A DNA stretch of 62,948 nucleotides, counting the filler, from Choristocarpus tenellus KU-1152 (Eukaryota > Protista > Phaeophyceae), in the NCBI GenBank assembly GCA_964200185.2. It is 11 parts of 11 records of this genome, joined end to end, with 100 filler letters (N's around TTAATTAATTAA, not from the genome) between each part and the next. Parts side by side here need not be neighbours in the genome. Positions count along the whole stretch, not along the records: positions 43,883 to 50,536 come from CAXNAD020007644.1; positions 50,637 to 57,941 come from CAXNAD020006368.1; positions 58,042 to 62,948 come from CAXNAD020012577.1; 8 more parts are not named here. One strand, 5' to 3'. Numbering within the stretch: position 1 is the first letter of the stretch; each line of letters opens with the position of its first letter. The position numbers and the translations under genes are program-made. Shown piece after piece: positions 50,321 to 62,860 of this stretch. Below the pieces are notes generated by a model. The model did no database searches. It saw only the letters and a list, made by a program, of their open reading frames with translations, and was not told the origin of the DNA.

Positions 50321-50639
50321 GTAAAGGGATTGAGTGATGAACTGGCGGTGGGGATGAACAAGGCTCACAAGCCTGGGGTAGATTGTATGCAGAGTATTGA
50401 CAGCATCTAATGTATGACCTTACAGATGGGTACACACCTTCCACAGCCAGCGGAGCAGACTCTAAGCGCACAAGATGGCATTGGACTTTTCGGGAGGGGG
50501 AGGGGGGGGGGGGTTGTAGTCTTTCAAGAACCCACCNNNNNNNNNNNNNNNNNNNNNNNNNNNNNNNNNNNNNNNNNNNNTTAATTAATTAANNNNNNNN
50601 NNNNNNNNNNNNNNNNNNNNNNNNNNNNNNNNNNNNAGA

Positions 50640-51039
50640 CTGGGATTGATTCTTGATCTGGGCATCATGATTTATCTTGACTCCTTCCTGGTGATAGCTA
50701 AAATCCAAGTAAAATAACTACGCAAGCACGCTTAATAGGAGTGCTATAGCATGTTAAGTTGTCCTTGACGATCTGTTGTCCCACACAACTAGTTATATTA
50801 TTGTTTATTAACTTGTATCACAGTTAAGAAGAGAGTGAGATACCTGCACTAGGTGGGGCTCACCAATCCTAACATTGAATCTATTTCCCGTCAGAAACAC
50901 TCCGACTATAATAGTCCGTCGGTTTCTTCCGATCAAATACCCCGCCTAAATATCCCGAATGTTCCGCATTATCTTCTGTGCGTATATAAAATAATACTTC
51001 CAATCATATTCTCATAAATGGTCAAGCATAATCTTGACA
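50640..51039 (-). mobile_element. 5' end (LTR 50752-51039, leader, gag start) of a second, more diverged copy of the copia family
   Basis: Homologous to 27262-27687, including the TGCTATAGCA palindrome and the ATGATGCCCAGATCAAG gag start; LTR has an internal deletion of about 30 bp. Confidence 0.92.
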
Positions 51040-51112
51040 CACACCAAAAAAGTGAAAATCGAAAAAAGGGTGAAAAACGGACGCCGACACCCCCCCCCAG
51101 ATACTTTGACCC
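51040..51112. mobile_element. MITE right portion (type A variant) abutting the copia LTR
   Basis: …AAAAACGGACGCCGACACCCCCCCCAGATACTTTGACCC. Confidence 0.75.
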
Positions 51113-51759
51113 TCATTCCGTTCAGACAAATTTCCAAGCACTTAGACAATGCCTTCCTTCGACACCTTCCCTTATCGACGACCACTTATTATTCTCTATT
51201 TCGTAAACAACACTCACCATACTAACCTTCCTACATTCACAAAACCTAACACCATAGTTCAATTCGTCCACAACTCTGTTTGTACAACCTCTTCTTCGAA
51301 TGTAACTGGCAACTAGCTCTAACCATGTCGTAAACCTGGGGCTCCAGCTAAATAATCGGGTTCACTTTCCTAACCTTAAAAGGTCACAAAGCAATCACAT
51401 CACGCACATACACCAACCTTGCTACCCTAACCACTACTGGAGAATACGTCAACATGTCTTCTCACCAAATCCACTCTTTACCACAATGTGGACATGAGTC
51501 GATTTCTACCCTAATCCTAGCACGATTCCTAATCCTAACCTCTAACTCTACTTACACTGTATATCATCCTTTGTACTTAAACCATGACACAAACTGCAAT
51601 CACATCGCAAACCTTCATTTTTGTATACGGGGCAAGGCATTCGTTAATCGTCTCCCTAATACTCTCAATTTGGAATATGTAAAAAGCAACCCCTCTACCT
51701 TACACAAACATCTCACGCTTTCATGAATTTTACGAAGGGCATGGATCGCGCCCCCCCAC

Positions 51760-52514
51760 CCTAACTTTCCATAACCCTTACCCTGACCCTTGCCCTAGGC
51801 CCATATACAAATCCTAACACAAACCACCAAACAACACGAACCCTATCCAATATCCGTCCCTGTGACACGCTCGACCTTCATCATGCTAACCTAACCCTAT
51901 CGGTCACCTAACCCTAACCCTAATGATAAAAAACTCTAACCTGAACACAAGACCAACCTCAAATAAAAACACGGTTTTTTTTTGTACTGTTCATAAAAAC
52001 ACAAGTCTGAACACAAAAATAACCCAAAACATAAAGATAGTGCATTGCTATCTAACCCTAACCTAACCCAGGTCTAAACACCTAACTAACCCAAAATACA
52101 AACATAGTGTATATATTTAGCGTTGTTCATCAAAACCCAAGTCTGAACAAAAAATCAAACAAAATAAAAACATAATATATTTTTAGCGTTGTTAAATCAT
52201 AAACCCAAGTTTGGACACAAAACTAACTCAACAAAAAACATAGTGTATATTTCAGAGTTGTTCATCCAAACCCAATTCTGAACACCAACCTAACCCCCCC
52301 CAAAAGCGTATTTTTAGTGTTGTTCATGAAAACCCACGTCTCAACACAGAACTATCCCAAAAGAAAAACAGAGAGTATTCTTAGCGTTGTTCACGATAAC
52401 GCAACAGCAACAGACCATAACCGCCAACCGTTTTTCTTTACATCGAAAATCCGACACATGCAAGAAAATCACCCAAAACGGACGCCCGACCCCCTCCCCC
52501 AGATACTTTGACTC
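51760..52514. mobile_element. Longer non-autonomous element end: CCCTAA-rich region plus about 65-bp degenerate tandem array, ending in the shared TIR
   Basis: TGTTCAT.AAAACCCAAGTCTGAACAC units at about 51987, 52121, 52187, 52257, 52318; terminus CAAAACGGAC…CCCCCAGATACTTTGACTC. Confidence 0.55.
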
Positions 52515-54179
52515 CATAACTAGTCGTGTTCGCAGATTGTATACTACTTCATGGAGGATTCCTTTGCTTTGACTCGCACTAAGGTTTTGCTTGACGGATT
52601 GCTGGCATGAAATGCCCTGCAGGGCATACTCTCCATGAGGAACCCGTTGGTAACCGCCTCGCACTCTGATTAGTACTGAGGGAGAGCATAATTTAGCGAA
52701 TATACACATCGTCACAGTCGGTAGTGTGTGTGTGTTTTGCAAGTGATCACATCGTCACCACTGTTGTTTTGAATGGTGCTAAAGCTTAAAACGCTCAAAA
52801 CACAACTCCTTTTCGGTTATTTTGACTCAACAGGCCCTCTGATCTGTAGTTTAGGATCTGACAAAAGCAAATAGAAAACAAGGCTATGCATACGAAAGTG
52901 AACAAACCCTGTTGCTACAATCGATTGACATAATTTTTCAGGAAAGTATGGGCATGCAAGGCGACTGGTGGACATTACTTGTATTTTATACATGTGGAAG
53001 AGAAGCAGAACAAAGTTTCAAACACCGTGCTCACAACAATCAAACTCTATCATGCTAAAGAATGGCAACCATTTCAAATTAATGAACTAAATATCATGGT
53101 AGGCTTAACGTGGAGTATGAAAATACTATTGTGGATTATAAATGTTAATAGTCTGAGGGATCTCAGAGGCCCTTGGTCAAAAGGTGGGATGGAGAAGAAA
53201 AGTAAAATTACGTAGTAATAAAATGGAATAAAAGAATCATGGATAAAAACCCCTATAAACTGGTGAGGACATCGGGACAGAGAGGTCCACTTTCTAAGTC
53301 ACTATCATCCACAGGAAGTTGAGAACATCGACCCTTCCAGCATCACCAAGGAACAAGGAAACCTCCTTGTGCAGTGCAACCACAAAATATCAGCAGTAAG
53401 ATGCAATACTACACACAAGGAAATACTAAACATAAACTTCATGCACTATTTTTATAACACACATCCCATGGAAACATATCATTTCCTACCTAGGAAGAAG
53501 TGGATGCTAAATTAATGTATCTGGACTTTTGGAGGTCAGAGACTGACTCTAAAAAAATATCCTGTCTGCCTAGTTCTTACGCATTTATGCGCACAAGACA
53601 GTACAATGTATCTGAAAAAAAAAATCAACCTTGTTGTGTAGGAAGCACAAGATAACTTCCAAAGTATGAAATCAAATACTCAACTAATTTGAAATTCTCA
53701 TACCTATGTGTAAATATGCGCGCACGCTGAAGGTGGTCGCTGAAGGCAAACAAAAATTCTACCAACCTAGTACCACTCTCATTTTTACTACTACACCAAG
53801 CGACACGCGCTGGCAAACCTCTTAGATTCAACCCAAACCTATAAAATCAAGAATAAAAATAAACAGGACAAGGCCAGAACCCTCTTGAGATCCAATATAC
53901 ACACTCAAAAGTTTATATTCAAGTGCTCCACTACAATACAGTGAACAGGCCACACACGAAAGATTATATCAAAAGAACCACAATGACCGACACTTCTTAT
54001 AAGAGGCCAACGCCAATGCTTAAAAGGGAACAACCAGACACTGCTTACCTCGATGAGAAATCTGGTCACGCTCCATCACTCAATGAACCTTAAGGGTATC
54101 AAACTCTTAAGGGTATCAAACTCTGGGATATCTAACTCAGATCGTCTCATCACCGGATTTACAACACGAAACAAAGACA

Positions 54180-56446
54180 TCAAAACAAAACACTGATGCT
54201 CTGGATGTAGTTGCCAAGGGCAAGGACTAATGTGGGTAAGAAGTGATACCAAGGGAACTGCATAAAGCGCCATGCAGTGCCAGCAATGATAAAAACAGTA
54301 TGCAAGGTGACCCAAATCACCATGAGCTTCATGGCATTGTCGTATGCAGAGGAAGAAGAACGCGAGCCTGCCCCGCCCCCAGTGGGGATCCACGGAATGC
54401 CTTTGCCCATCAGCTTGTCCTTGATGGCGAAGAGGTGGGCGAAATACTGGAGGACCTTCACGCGACTGCAAGCACTGTCATACTTTTGATTGGACCAAAG
54501 ACGCATAGCAATCACGGAGAATGCAATGGACGGAACAGCAAATGACACGTTGAACCACAATACTGCACTTGGCTTGATCCAGATGAGCAGCAACCCTGGG
54601 ATAGGTCCCACAAAGATACCCATGGCAGTGGCCAAATAGTAGAACATGCCCGATAGGTAGCACTGCTTCTGCATGAAAGTTAATCGAGAATGCCAGAACT
54701 CCTTACTGAGGAGCAATGTCGTACTCCCCATACACCAACGGTACTGCTGCACAAAGAAAGCCCTAGGTTCGCTAGGACAAGTTCCCATCGCCAAGCACAC
54801 TGGCAAATACAGTACAGAGTACCCCAGCTGGGTGCAGTTGAAGCCGGTGTGAACATCCTCCGAGTAGTCAATAGCTGCTGAGCCTCCAAATGGCTCCAGT
54901 GCCTTTCGGCGATACACCCCGCATGTTCCTACACAGATGGATGCTGCAAACCGGTTGCGGTTGACCTTGATGATTACGAGCGAGAAGAGGGGGGAGTATG
55001 TCGACAGAGTGTCTTGAAGGAGATTTATATCATTCAACCCTACTCCGCAAGCAGAGGAGACTAGGAAAATAGAAATACAAACCAGTAGTACAGGAACTCT
55101 GAAATGTACACACGACGTGTAATACGCAACAAAGTGTTGTGTCGGTTAGATATTGGGAGGCGAGTATTTAATTGGTAAGGCGATAATTGATTTTGACGGG
55201 GGAGTGATTGCGTGGCATGTACTTCATCACGGACTTCCACTCCACTACTTGCTACAATAACATCAAAATCGCGGAGTTGTGGGCGAAAGATTGCACGAAT
55301 GGCATGCAGACATAGTATCCTACACAACGGATGAGAAATAGCCCAACTGATGATCAAGAGACCTTATATACGAAGACTGAGAAGTGTAAACAAACCTACC
55401 ACTCTCACCTGCACCATACGGTAGAAAAGCTCCTGCGTCACCCCTGCACCACGCTCCACCCATGTCTGCTTGGCTTGGTGTCGGAAGAACTGAGGTGTCT
55501 GCACGATCGCAATCTTTTCATCCATGAAATATGGCACCGTCTCCCTCAAGAAGTCTGCTCGAGGACAGAAGTCCGCATCAAGGACCACTACCAAATCTCC
55601 CATAGTGTGCATAAATGCCCACCGAAGGTTACCTGCCTTCTTCAGCACTAGGCGGTTGGGTCTTCTTATGTAGTTGAAGCCGTGCAGCTGGGTCAGGTGT
55701 CGGACCTCCTCCGTCGCCCCATCGTCTAGTACGTGAACTGCAACGTGAGGATAATCCAACTTCCGCACGTATTTGTACGTGTTCTCCAACATGCATAATG
55801 GTTCGCCACAGCAAGGTAGGAATACGTCGACTGTGGGGAAGAAGACCTCCTCTGTCGCTCTTGCCAAGATTTCTGCATGCTCTGAAGGATCGAAGTCCTT
55901 CCCCCAGACGGCGATGCCAAAATAGGATAGGAGTAAGTAGATCATGAGGAATGCGGCTGGGAGGCCAAACCAGTAGAAGTAAATACTACTCAGCACAAAC
56001 AGCCACATTCCAGTTGACAACGCGGTCAAGGAGATTATGCCAAATGTCACCAAAAATATCCGACCTGGGACATAGTAGGCCTCCTTCTCCCCGTCACTTG
56101 GAGCGCAAGGTAGAATGAGTTCCTGCTTCAGTATCCTCGCATTTTCCTGCACAATGACATTGACGGCCGATTCTAACGCCATTCCCCCCTCAGTAATGCT
56201 CTCCTTAATCATCTGTGCCCACACGTCGGTAGTGGAGAAATCCTCTTTAGTCCTACTTCCTGAAGTCATCAACCTGGGTGTGGATGCTGATCGCGTCGAA
56301 AGAAGTCCTGGAAGTATTCGACCAGTTGGAGGCTTGTATAGTCTCTGAGCGGTCAAGCTCTTGGACGACTTTTCGCTAAGCGATGACATGGCACTAAGCG
56401 GTCGACACACCTCTGAGGGAGTGCATGGCAGTTTTGATGAGGTCAT
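54180..56446 (-). CDS. GT2 cellulose synthase / cellulose-synthase-like processive glycosyltransferase; exons 56446-55409 and 54965-54180 (about 607 aa; start uncertain)
   Basis: All processive GT2 motifs present: VDVFLP, DDG, KAGNL, DADF, QTPQ, SED, QQYRW (QxxRW); 2 N-terminal and several C-terminal TM helices; one phase-0 GT-AG intron (MVQ|VNRNRF). Confidence 0.93.
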
Positions 56447-57332
56447 CCCAGGACTGTTTCCAGTCACACCATCTCGACCTTGGGGGATGTTGCCACCATA
56501 TTTGTTGTTGGGGAGGTGGTCGGGACCTCGACTTGACTCGGTAAAGGATCAACCCTGACATGCGAAGGCCTCGTGATGAGAGGGTCTGAAGGCATTGCGA
56601 TCTGTTGATGGACACTACTCCACCTTTGTCTATATCGAACCACTAGGAATTGTGGGATGAGGAGTTATAGAATATGTGAAGTATTATTTCCAAATCAAAG
56701 TACAAATTGTCGGATGAGAGTTATAGGATACATTATGTGTTTAGGATCTTTTTTTGTACTATTGTATGGTAGATACTATTTCAATACTGTATTCATACAA
56801 ATATTTCAATCATACAAGAGTGAAATGTTTGATGGTGTAAGATATTTAATGTTCATAAATTGTTGATGACATTTAGGACAATTGTTACTTTTAGAAAGGT
56901 TCTTATTATATCGAAATGGACTTTTTTTTGTAAAAGTGAGAAAGTTTACGACGTCATCGGAGTTTTGTGAGGGGGAGAATTTTGGTAGGAATGAGTAGGA
57001 AGGGGTGAGGAAGGAAAAGGAAAGATTAGTCAAGGGTTTAACGAAGAGTTAAGGACTAATTTTTATATACAATTTACAACAAGAAGGAGAGAAGTTAATG
57101 AAATAAGTGTGAGGTGGAAGGTGGAGGCAAGAAGGAATGGTCTGAACGTGAGGAAAACGTAAGGGTGGTGGTACAGGACGAGGAGGGTTAGAACAAGACA
57201 ACTTCTGAACAATATCTCCCACCTAATTATATCATGAGAGAAGGAGGAGATAGAGCGTTCAATGAAAACAATGCATTGTGGGAGGGACTTCTGGGAAGGA
57301 CAGACCGAAGGAGGGGTGATGAATAAGAAATT

Positions 57333-57941
57333 ATGAGTGATGGATGGGTTGAACATAAAGGGGTGAAGGAGGAGAAAGAAGAGAGAGAAGAGTTAGTGGC
57401 AAGAAGAATGCGCGAAGAGATCGAGCAAGTCAGTAGAGATATGGGCATCAGCGACGAGGGCGAGGAAGAGAAGGAAGGAGAAGGGGACGAGAAGAAGGAT
57501 GTAACGGGGGCGAAAGCAGTTGACACAGGAACCACGCGCGAAGAACTACAACTGTTTGTCAACGAGAAAGACAACGTCTCAGAAGCGGTGGCGGGGCAAC
57601 TGGTGAATCCATCGGCATTCAACATCAAGGAGTACATACCAAGAGGAGAATTGAAACTACGATATGCCTGATAATTTTGACTGCTTCCTATCGGCAATTT
57701 GAAAAATCTGCAGATACGGGGAGGGGTGGAGGCAGAGGAAGAAGAGGACAGCAAAGTTGATTGAGGAAGGTGGAAGGAGCTAGGTTTAAGATGAGGACGT
57801 TCTATGGGGCCAATAAGCCCGCAATGATAGAACATCCGTGGATCGTAGACCTGGTTTGTCGAGCATTAAGGGAGGACCTTGAATCGTGGGTAGAACAAAT
57901 CTCAACAGTGGTAGACATTATTGAAAATAATTATAACGCCC
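57333..57941 (+). pseudogene. Decayed ORF, probably retroelement ORF1-like; unidentified
   Basis: Acidic/charged frame continuing across stops and a frameshift to the contig end; no splice structure. Confidence 0.3.
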
Positions 57942-58041
57942 NNNNNNNNNNNNNNNNNNNNNNNNNNNNNNNNNNNNNNNNNNNNTTAATTAATTAANNN
58001 NNNNNNNNNNNNNNNNNNNNNNNNNNNNNNNNNNNNNNNNN

Positions 58042-58332
58042 CCCCCCAGATACTTTGGGCCTGATGTAATTTTGGCTATCGCGTTTGTTAGGAAGTGTCA
58101 AGATCTATGTTTCGGACACACCTTTTCATAACGTACACATTTTACCTACTCCTAAACACTTTGGAATAGGAAAATGTAATAAAAACTCCATGGAAAGCCA
58201 AGCTTCAAATGGACAAACAGGGCAAAACTCGTACCCTCTAAGATACTTTCACTCCAAATCACCCAAAAATCGTGACATAAAAAAAATGGCCCCGAACGGA
58301 CAGCCACCACCCCCCCACAGATAATTCGGGCC
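58042..58332. mobile_element. Nested MITE stack: type A end (58042-58061), type B remainder (58062-58254), type A remainder (58255-58332)
   Basis: Three successive right termini, each followed by the interrupted body of the next element. Confidence 0.85.
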
Positions 58333-59076
58333 TTCTGGAGGATGATGAGATTATGTCCCACCCGAGGCATTGCACCAACATGTGTATCAACAAATTGATG
58401 GATAACCAAGCACACAACCTCTTATTTCAAGGTTGGGCATCTAGAGCAACTGAAGGGAGCCCTAAATATGCTAGCAGAGATAGTATTGGGTAACAGGAGC
58501 AAGTACAACGGCAAGTAGCGATTGAAGTTTGCTGAGAGTAGAGAAGCTCCTACAAAATAGCTCACCTCCACGGAATGTGTAGGTCCAGTCCACAAGCCTG
58601 TAGATGGTGCTGATGCACATACAGGACGCCAGAGGTATACCGATAGCCCGATGACCAGTGAGGATGGTGGGTATCAGGTCACCAGATGATGGTATAGTTC
58701 TTCTCAAAGTAAATGTACGCCAAACAAAATTCAGGAACTGAAGCGTGTGGGCGATCTCAGTCCATGAAATTCGTTCTTATCAGGTTTTCAGACGCCGTAA
58801 TACATCTGTAAACCTTTGCTTTATAGAAATTTAAAGATTCTACTATGTAAATATAGCGAATCGGACTTCCACACTTGGGAGGTCCGCGCGCACGCTTACT
58901 GCTCGTACTGGATAGAGCATGAGAAAGAACACTTTCGGTACTCGCTTGTAACATGCCCCCCAGCGTGAACCAGGATCACATGTTTCACGCTCACCACATG
59001 CGATTATCATGGATTAAGACAATAAATATGGTCCGTCACCTCAATCGTAGTGCAGCAGTATTTGTTGCCATTGGAT

Positions 59077-59154
59077 GACAAGCCAAAAGGTTCTAAAATA
59101 ATTAGACTCGAAATGGGTTTCACAGGGAATGCAGGTTCAAATCTGCCAATTGTT
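59077..59154 (+). pseudogene. Degenerate tRNA-Ser(CGA)-like relic or tRNA-derived SINE head
   Basis: TTAGACTCGAAAT anticodon-loop-like motif and GCAGGTTCAAATCTGC T-arm-like motif at tRNA spacing; stems decayed. Confidence 0.35.
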
Positions 59155-60134
59155 TCCAACACAGGTGTTACATGAGCCCCTCAGAACTCACCTCCACAGG
59201 AGGTACAACTCAAATCCAAAAACCTTAAAACGACGCTATGGGGGCGTTGCCCTTTACAACAGTTTGTAGGGTGTCAGGTGTCCTTCTCTTCTTGATATTA
59301 CACTCAGTGCATAGCTCAAAGCTCGACTCAAAGTTTCATTCAAAAGGTAAGACTGGAGGCAAGTGGGATGGCTTTGGCCAAAATCCCTCTTATTATTTTC
59401 ATCATCCACCCAATTTCTTTGGTCTTCTATGCAACTGCTCTACACATACTCCAATCATAAACCTTTCTTCTGCATCTCCTTGGGAACTTTGACATTTCTT
59501 CTGTAATGTTATATATGCATTCCGAATCTCACTCTGTATCTTTCATGAAATCATTTACTCCGTAAGGCTACCTATGTGTTACTAATATCGTGTTTTGTTC
59601 GCACTTGTTAGAACGCGAGAAACAATACTCACACTATACCTCTATCACAAATGTTCGTGTTTGCTAAAAAATGAGAAGAAATGCTCGCGCTATTCGCCTG
59701 TAACACAGGATCTGCAGTTCCGAATTAACCAGTTGTTTCCAACAATGATCGACATATCCCCTTTTTCTTTTGGGGATGAATCTCCAAAGGTCGCAAGAAA
59801 TAGTCAGAGTCGGTTCAGGTTTAGCCTGATCAGATTGTGCACTTTCAAAAGAACAAGGATATCTGCTCAGACAATGCCCACATCATATAGTGGTACCAGT
59901 AGCTTCGCCCTCTGGGGTTGTCCCGTCATAACGCTTGATGTAGACACAGATTAAACAAATAAAATCATATTCGTGATGCCCGTCACAAGGCCGTCCAGAT
60001 TACTGGTTTCGTTTTTGTTTTCCTCATTTCTTTCTTTTCTTGACGAAAGAGCTCTCGCATTGGGGTTCGAACCCTGGATTGTAGGTCACCAAGAGTGGCA
60101 ACAGATGCACTATTACTTGATTAAAGTATAGGGT

Positions 60135-61335
60135 TTAGCCGGGAAAAGTCTCCCCACTCTTTCTTCCAGTGTGTTTGCCCACCCACTCTTTGGACTCGGC
60201 AAGGATGTCCTCATCGATGCCCAGAACGAAACACCTATCGTAGCGCCCTTGCTCCGACACCTTGATGTGGTCGTTAGGTAGGAAGTCTCTCTCCGATTTA
60301 TTCGCAGTTTCCGACCTGATCATCGCATATCCTGCTGCCATCTCAAGTGCCATTTGGCGGTCTTTCCGTACAAAGGTGCAGAATTCCTAGTGTTACAGCC
60401 TTTACTATCACATTTCCTCGTTGAGTGCCGGAAATGGGCATTGTCTTTATTTCCTGGGCAGGTGATATTTAATCAAGGCACAAGGGCGAGGAAGGACAGG
60501 GTTGAGTTGATCGAAAATTGTGTTGATTTCTCAAGTGAATGCAGGCGGGGAGAAAGCCTTAATCAACTTTACACGTCCAACCCTAAGTCCAGGAACAAAA
60601 TGGAATGTACGCCATCTTGCAAGAAGTGGGAGACACCAAATTATCGGTGCACAAATAGTCTCAATCTCACCTCCTCTTCTTTCCTGACATCCTCGTCGAT
60701 GGCTACCTCCTCCTGCTTTGCGACCTCTTCTAAGTAAAGGATTTGGTGGTTTCGAAAAGTCTCCACAGCTGCCATTGTTACAATCGCTTTCTCCTCTGCC
60801 TTGCAAACCCTTTCGACCTTCTCTCGGGCTTCAGATACCTTGTAGCCCAACCCTAGCACCTTCTTTCTCGTTTCCTTAAGCCACTCCGGCTTGCATGGCT
60901 TCCAAACAGCCAGATCCTGTTGCAACTGTTGACTACTAAGATATTCTATATCCGGGTTTTCGCTTAGGCATTTCCTGAGCGCAATGGCACGCAGTCACAC
61001 TGCTCTCTTTCTCAACCTTCCCTTCGGGCGGCCACCCCGGTTCTCCCTTCGCCCACCGGGACAAGGCTTCACCACAGACTTCATCAATGTATCACATGGT
61101 GATGGACTCGCCACTCTCTCCCTGCTTTCCAGAGGCGGCAGAGACTGCAGCACATTGCTCCGACGTGGTTGAAGATCCAACCACGTTTTTGTGGCAATGC
61201 TGCTGCGCCACACTACTCGCACTTTCTCGTCACCTAGCATCGCACTGAGGTTCACACGGTACTTGCTTTTCCGTTTCCTCTCGACAGAGAAGGTGCCAAG
61301 GGTAGACCCAGGGGGCAGAGTGGCCTCGGCGGCTC
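60135..61335 (-). pseudogene. Decayed ORF of about 400 codons, unidentified, likely TE-derived
   Basis: ORFs 61255-60995 and 60925-60641 lie in one frame across a single stop, then further stops and a frameshift to 60353-60135; no introns. Confidence 0.4.
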
Positions 61336-61552
61336 TCTCCTTGTCTCACCGTTGTGGTTCATGTTGCTGTGTTCTTCATGCGTGTGTGTGCTCACAGAAA
61401 GTCTGCAAATGGCACTAAAACGATATCCGCAAATCTTGTTTGTTTGTTTTTCGGTATCGCCACACGTACCAAACTTGGGCAGCGACCTACCCCGGATAAG
61501 GTTTTGCGGGGAGTTCAGCTAACTGCTATATACTTAATTTTTTCCGTTTTGA

Positions 61553-61759
61553 AGTTGTGACCTTCAAAATTGCCCCAGAGATGTTCCCCTGCGTTTTTTT
61601 TCCATTATTTGATCGGGACATGGCTCCTGTTCCCCGAAGCCTCGGCATTGATGGATACAAACCTTCAAAAGCCCTTGTCATACGCTTTGATTTGGTATAT
61701 ATATTGCTATATTGTTTAACGGTTGTGGCGATACAGTGAAAAAACGAGATTTGCCACAG
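61553..61759. repeat. Dispersed repeat D, copy 2
   Basis: Homologous to 41982-42183. Confidence 0.75.
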
Positions 61760-62860
61760 AGGGTCACCACCATGGAGGAATTTCCAAGGGAGCGAGCGTG
61801 GTCCTAGCACAACCCAGAGCCCCAGGGACGGAGGAGACTTCAATACATTAGTCCCTAAATACCCGAGTGAGAACCAAGACGAGCTTAGGTAGGCCATCAC
61901 AGGCGCAAAAGACAGGGTACAAGGGAATGCAAGATCTGGGGAACAAAGGGACTGCCCCCCTGAAGGGGAGTACACCTCCACCTCCCTTTGAAAAGCCTTC
62001 ATGAGGGCTAACAGTAACTCGGCACCAGGCCCTGATGGGATGCGCCCAATAGTCAAAGTATCTTAGAGGGGAGAGCCACGTCCGTTTTGGGGGCCAAAAC
62101 TCAATGTTGCGATTTTGATGTAGTTTTGGCTATCGTGTTTGTTAGGAAGTGTCAATACCCTTGTTCCGAACGCACCTTTTCATAAAATATACATTTTACT
62201 ACTCCAAATGTTTCGGAGGAGGAAAATGTCATAAAAATACCGTGGGAAGTCAAGTCCACAATGGACATACTGGGCAAATCTCGTACCCTCAAAGATACTT
62301 TCACTCGAAGCCGCATCAGATCAGTCATCACGACAGATGTTGGTCACGAAGAAGTGGCCCAGGCGTTTGCAAAGCTATGGGAGCTAGCCTACACCTCCCC
62401 GGACTCTCTACCCCTAGAGTTCTGGACACTCCGCACCTACTCCAGACTGTCTGTAATTGGGGAGAAGTGTCGCCTGGTTACCTGTGGGTCTTTTTTGAGG
62501 AGGGCATGTGCTTCAGCTTTCTACAGACTGGCGCCCCTACCTAGAGAAATGTTTCGGGGGAGTAGGAAAATTTGGCGTTGGGGTCCCAAATGGCATAGAA
62601 CGTGCACTCCTGGATATCCGCCTAAGGATGAGTGCGGAGAATGGATCATCATTTTGGACGGAAGGAATGCTTTCAACAGCGTACATCGCTCAGCTTTCAT
62701 CCAGGCCCTCCCAGAGACCCTACCAGGACTCCTACCTTACGTTTCTAAGGTATATGGGAACACCAGAAATCTTCTTTTCCCCCTAGATGAGGGAGGGACG
62801 AAGATCCGACCATCGAGATCTGGGGCCCAACAGGGAGACCCACTAGACCCCCTCTGTTAA
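61760..62860 (+). pseudogene. Non-LTR retrotransposon reverse transcriptase relic (CRE/SLACS-like)
   Basis: SAPGPDGMRP, FGVGVPNGIE, LDGRNAFNSVHRS, GAQQGDPL motifs; stops, frameshift and MITE insertion; truncated before YxDD. Confidence 0.88.
62050..62306. mobile_element. MITE type B inserted in RT
   Basis: TIRs TAGTCAAAGTATCTTAGAGGG / CCCTCAAAGATACTTTCACTC; flanks CAA/GAA; removing it plus 3 bp restores GPDGMRP-SRIRS. Confidence 0.92.
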
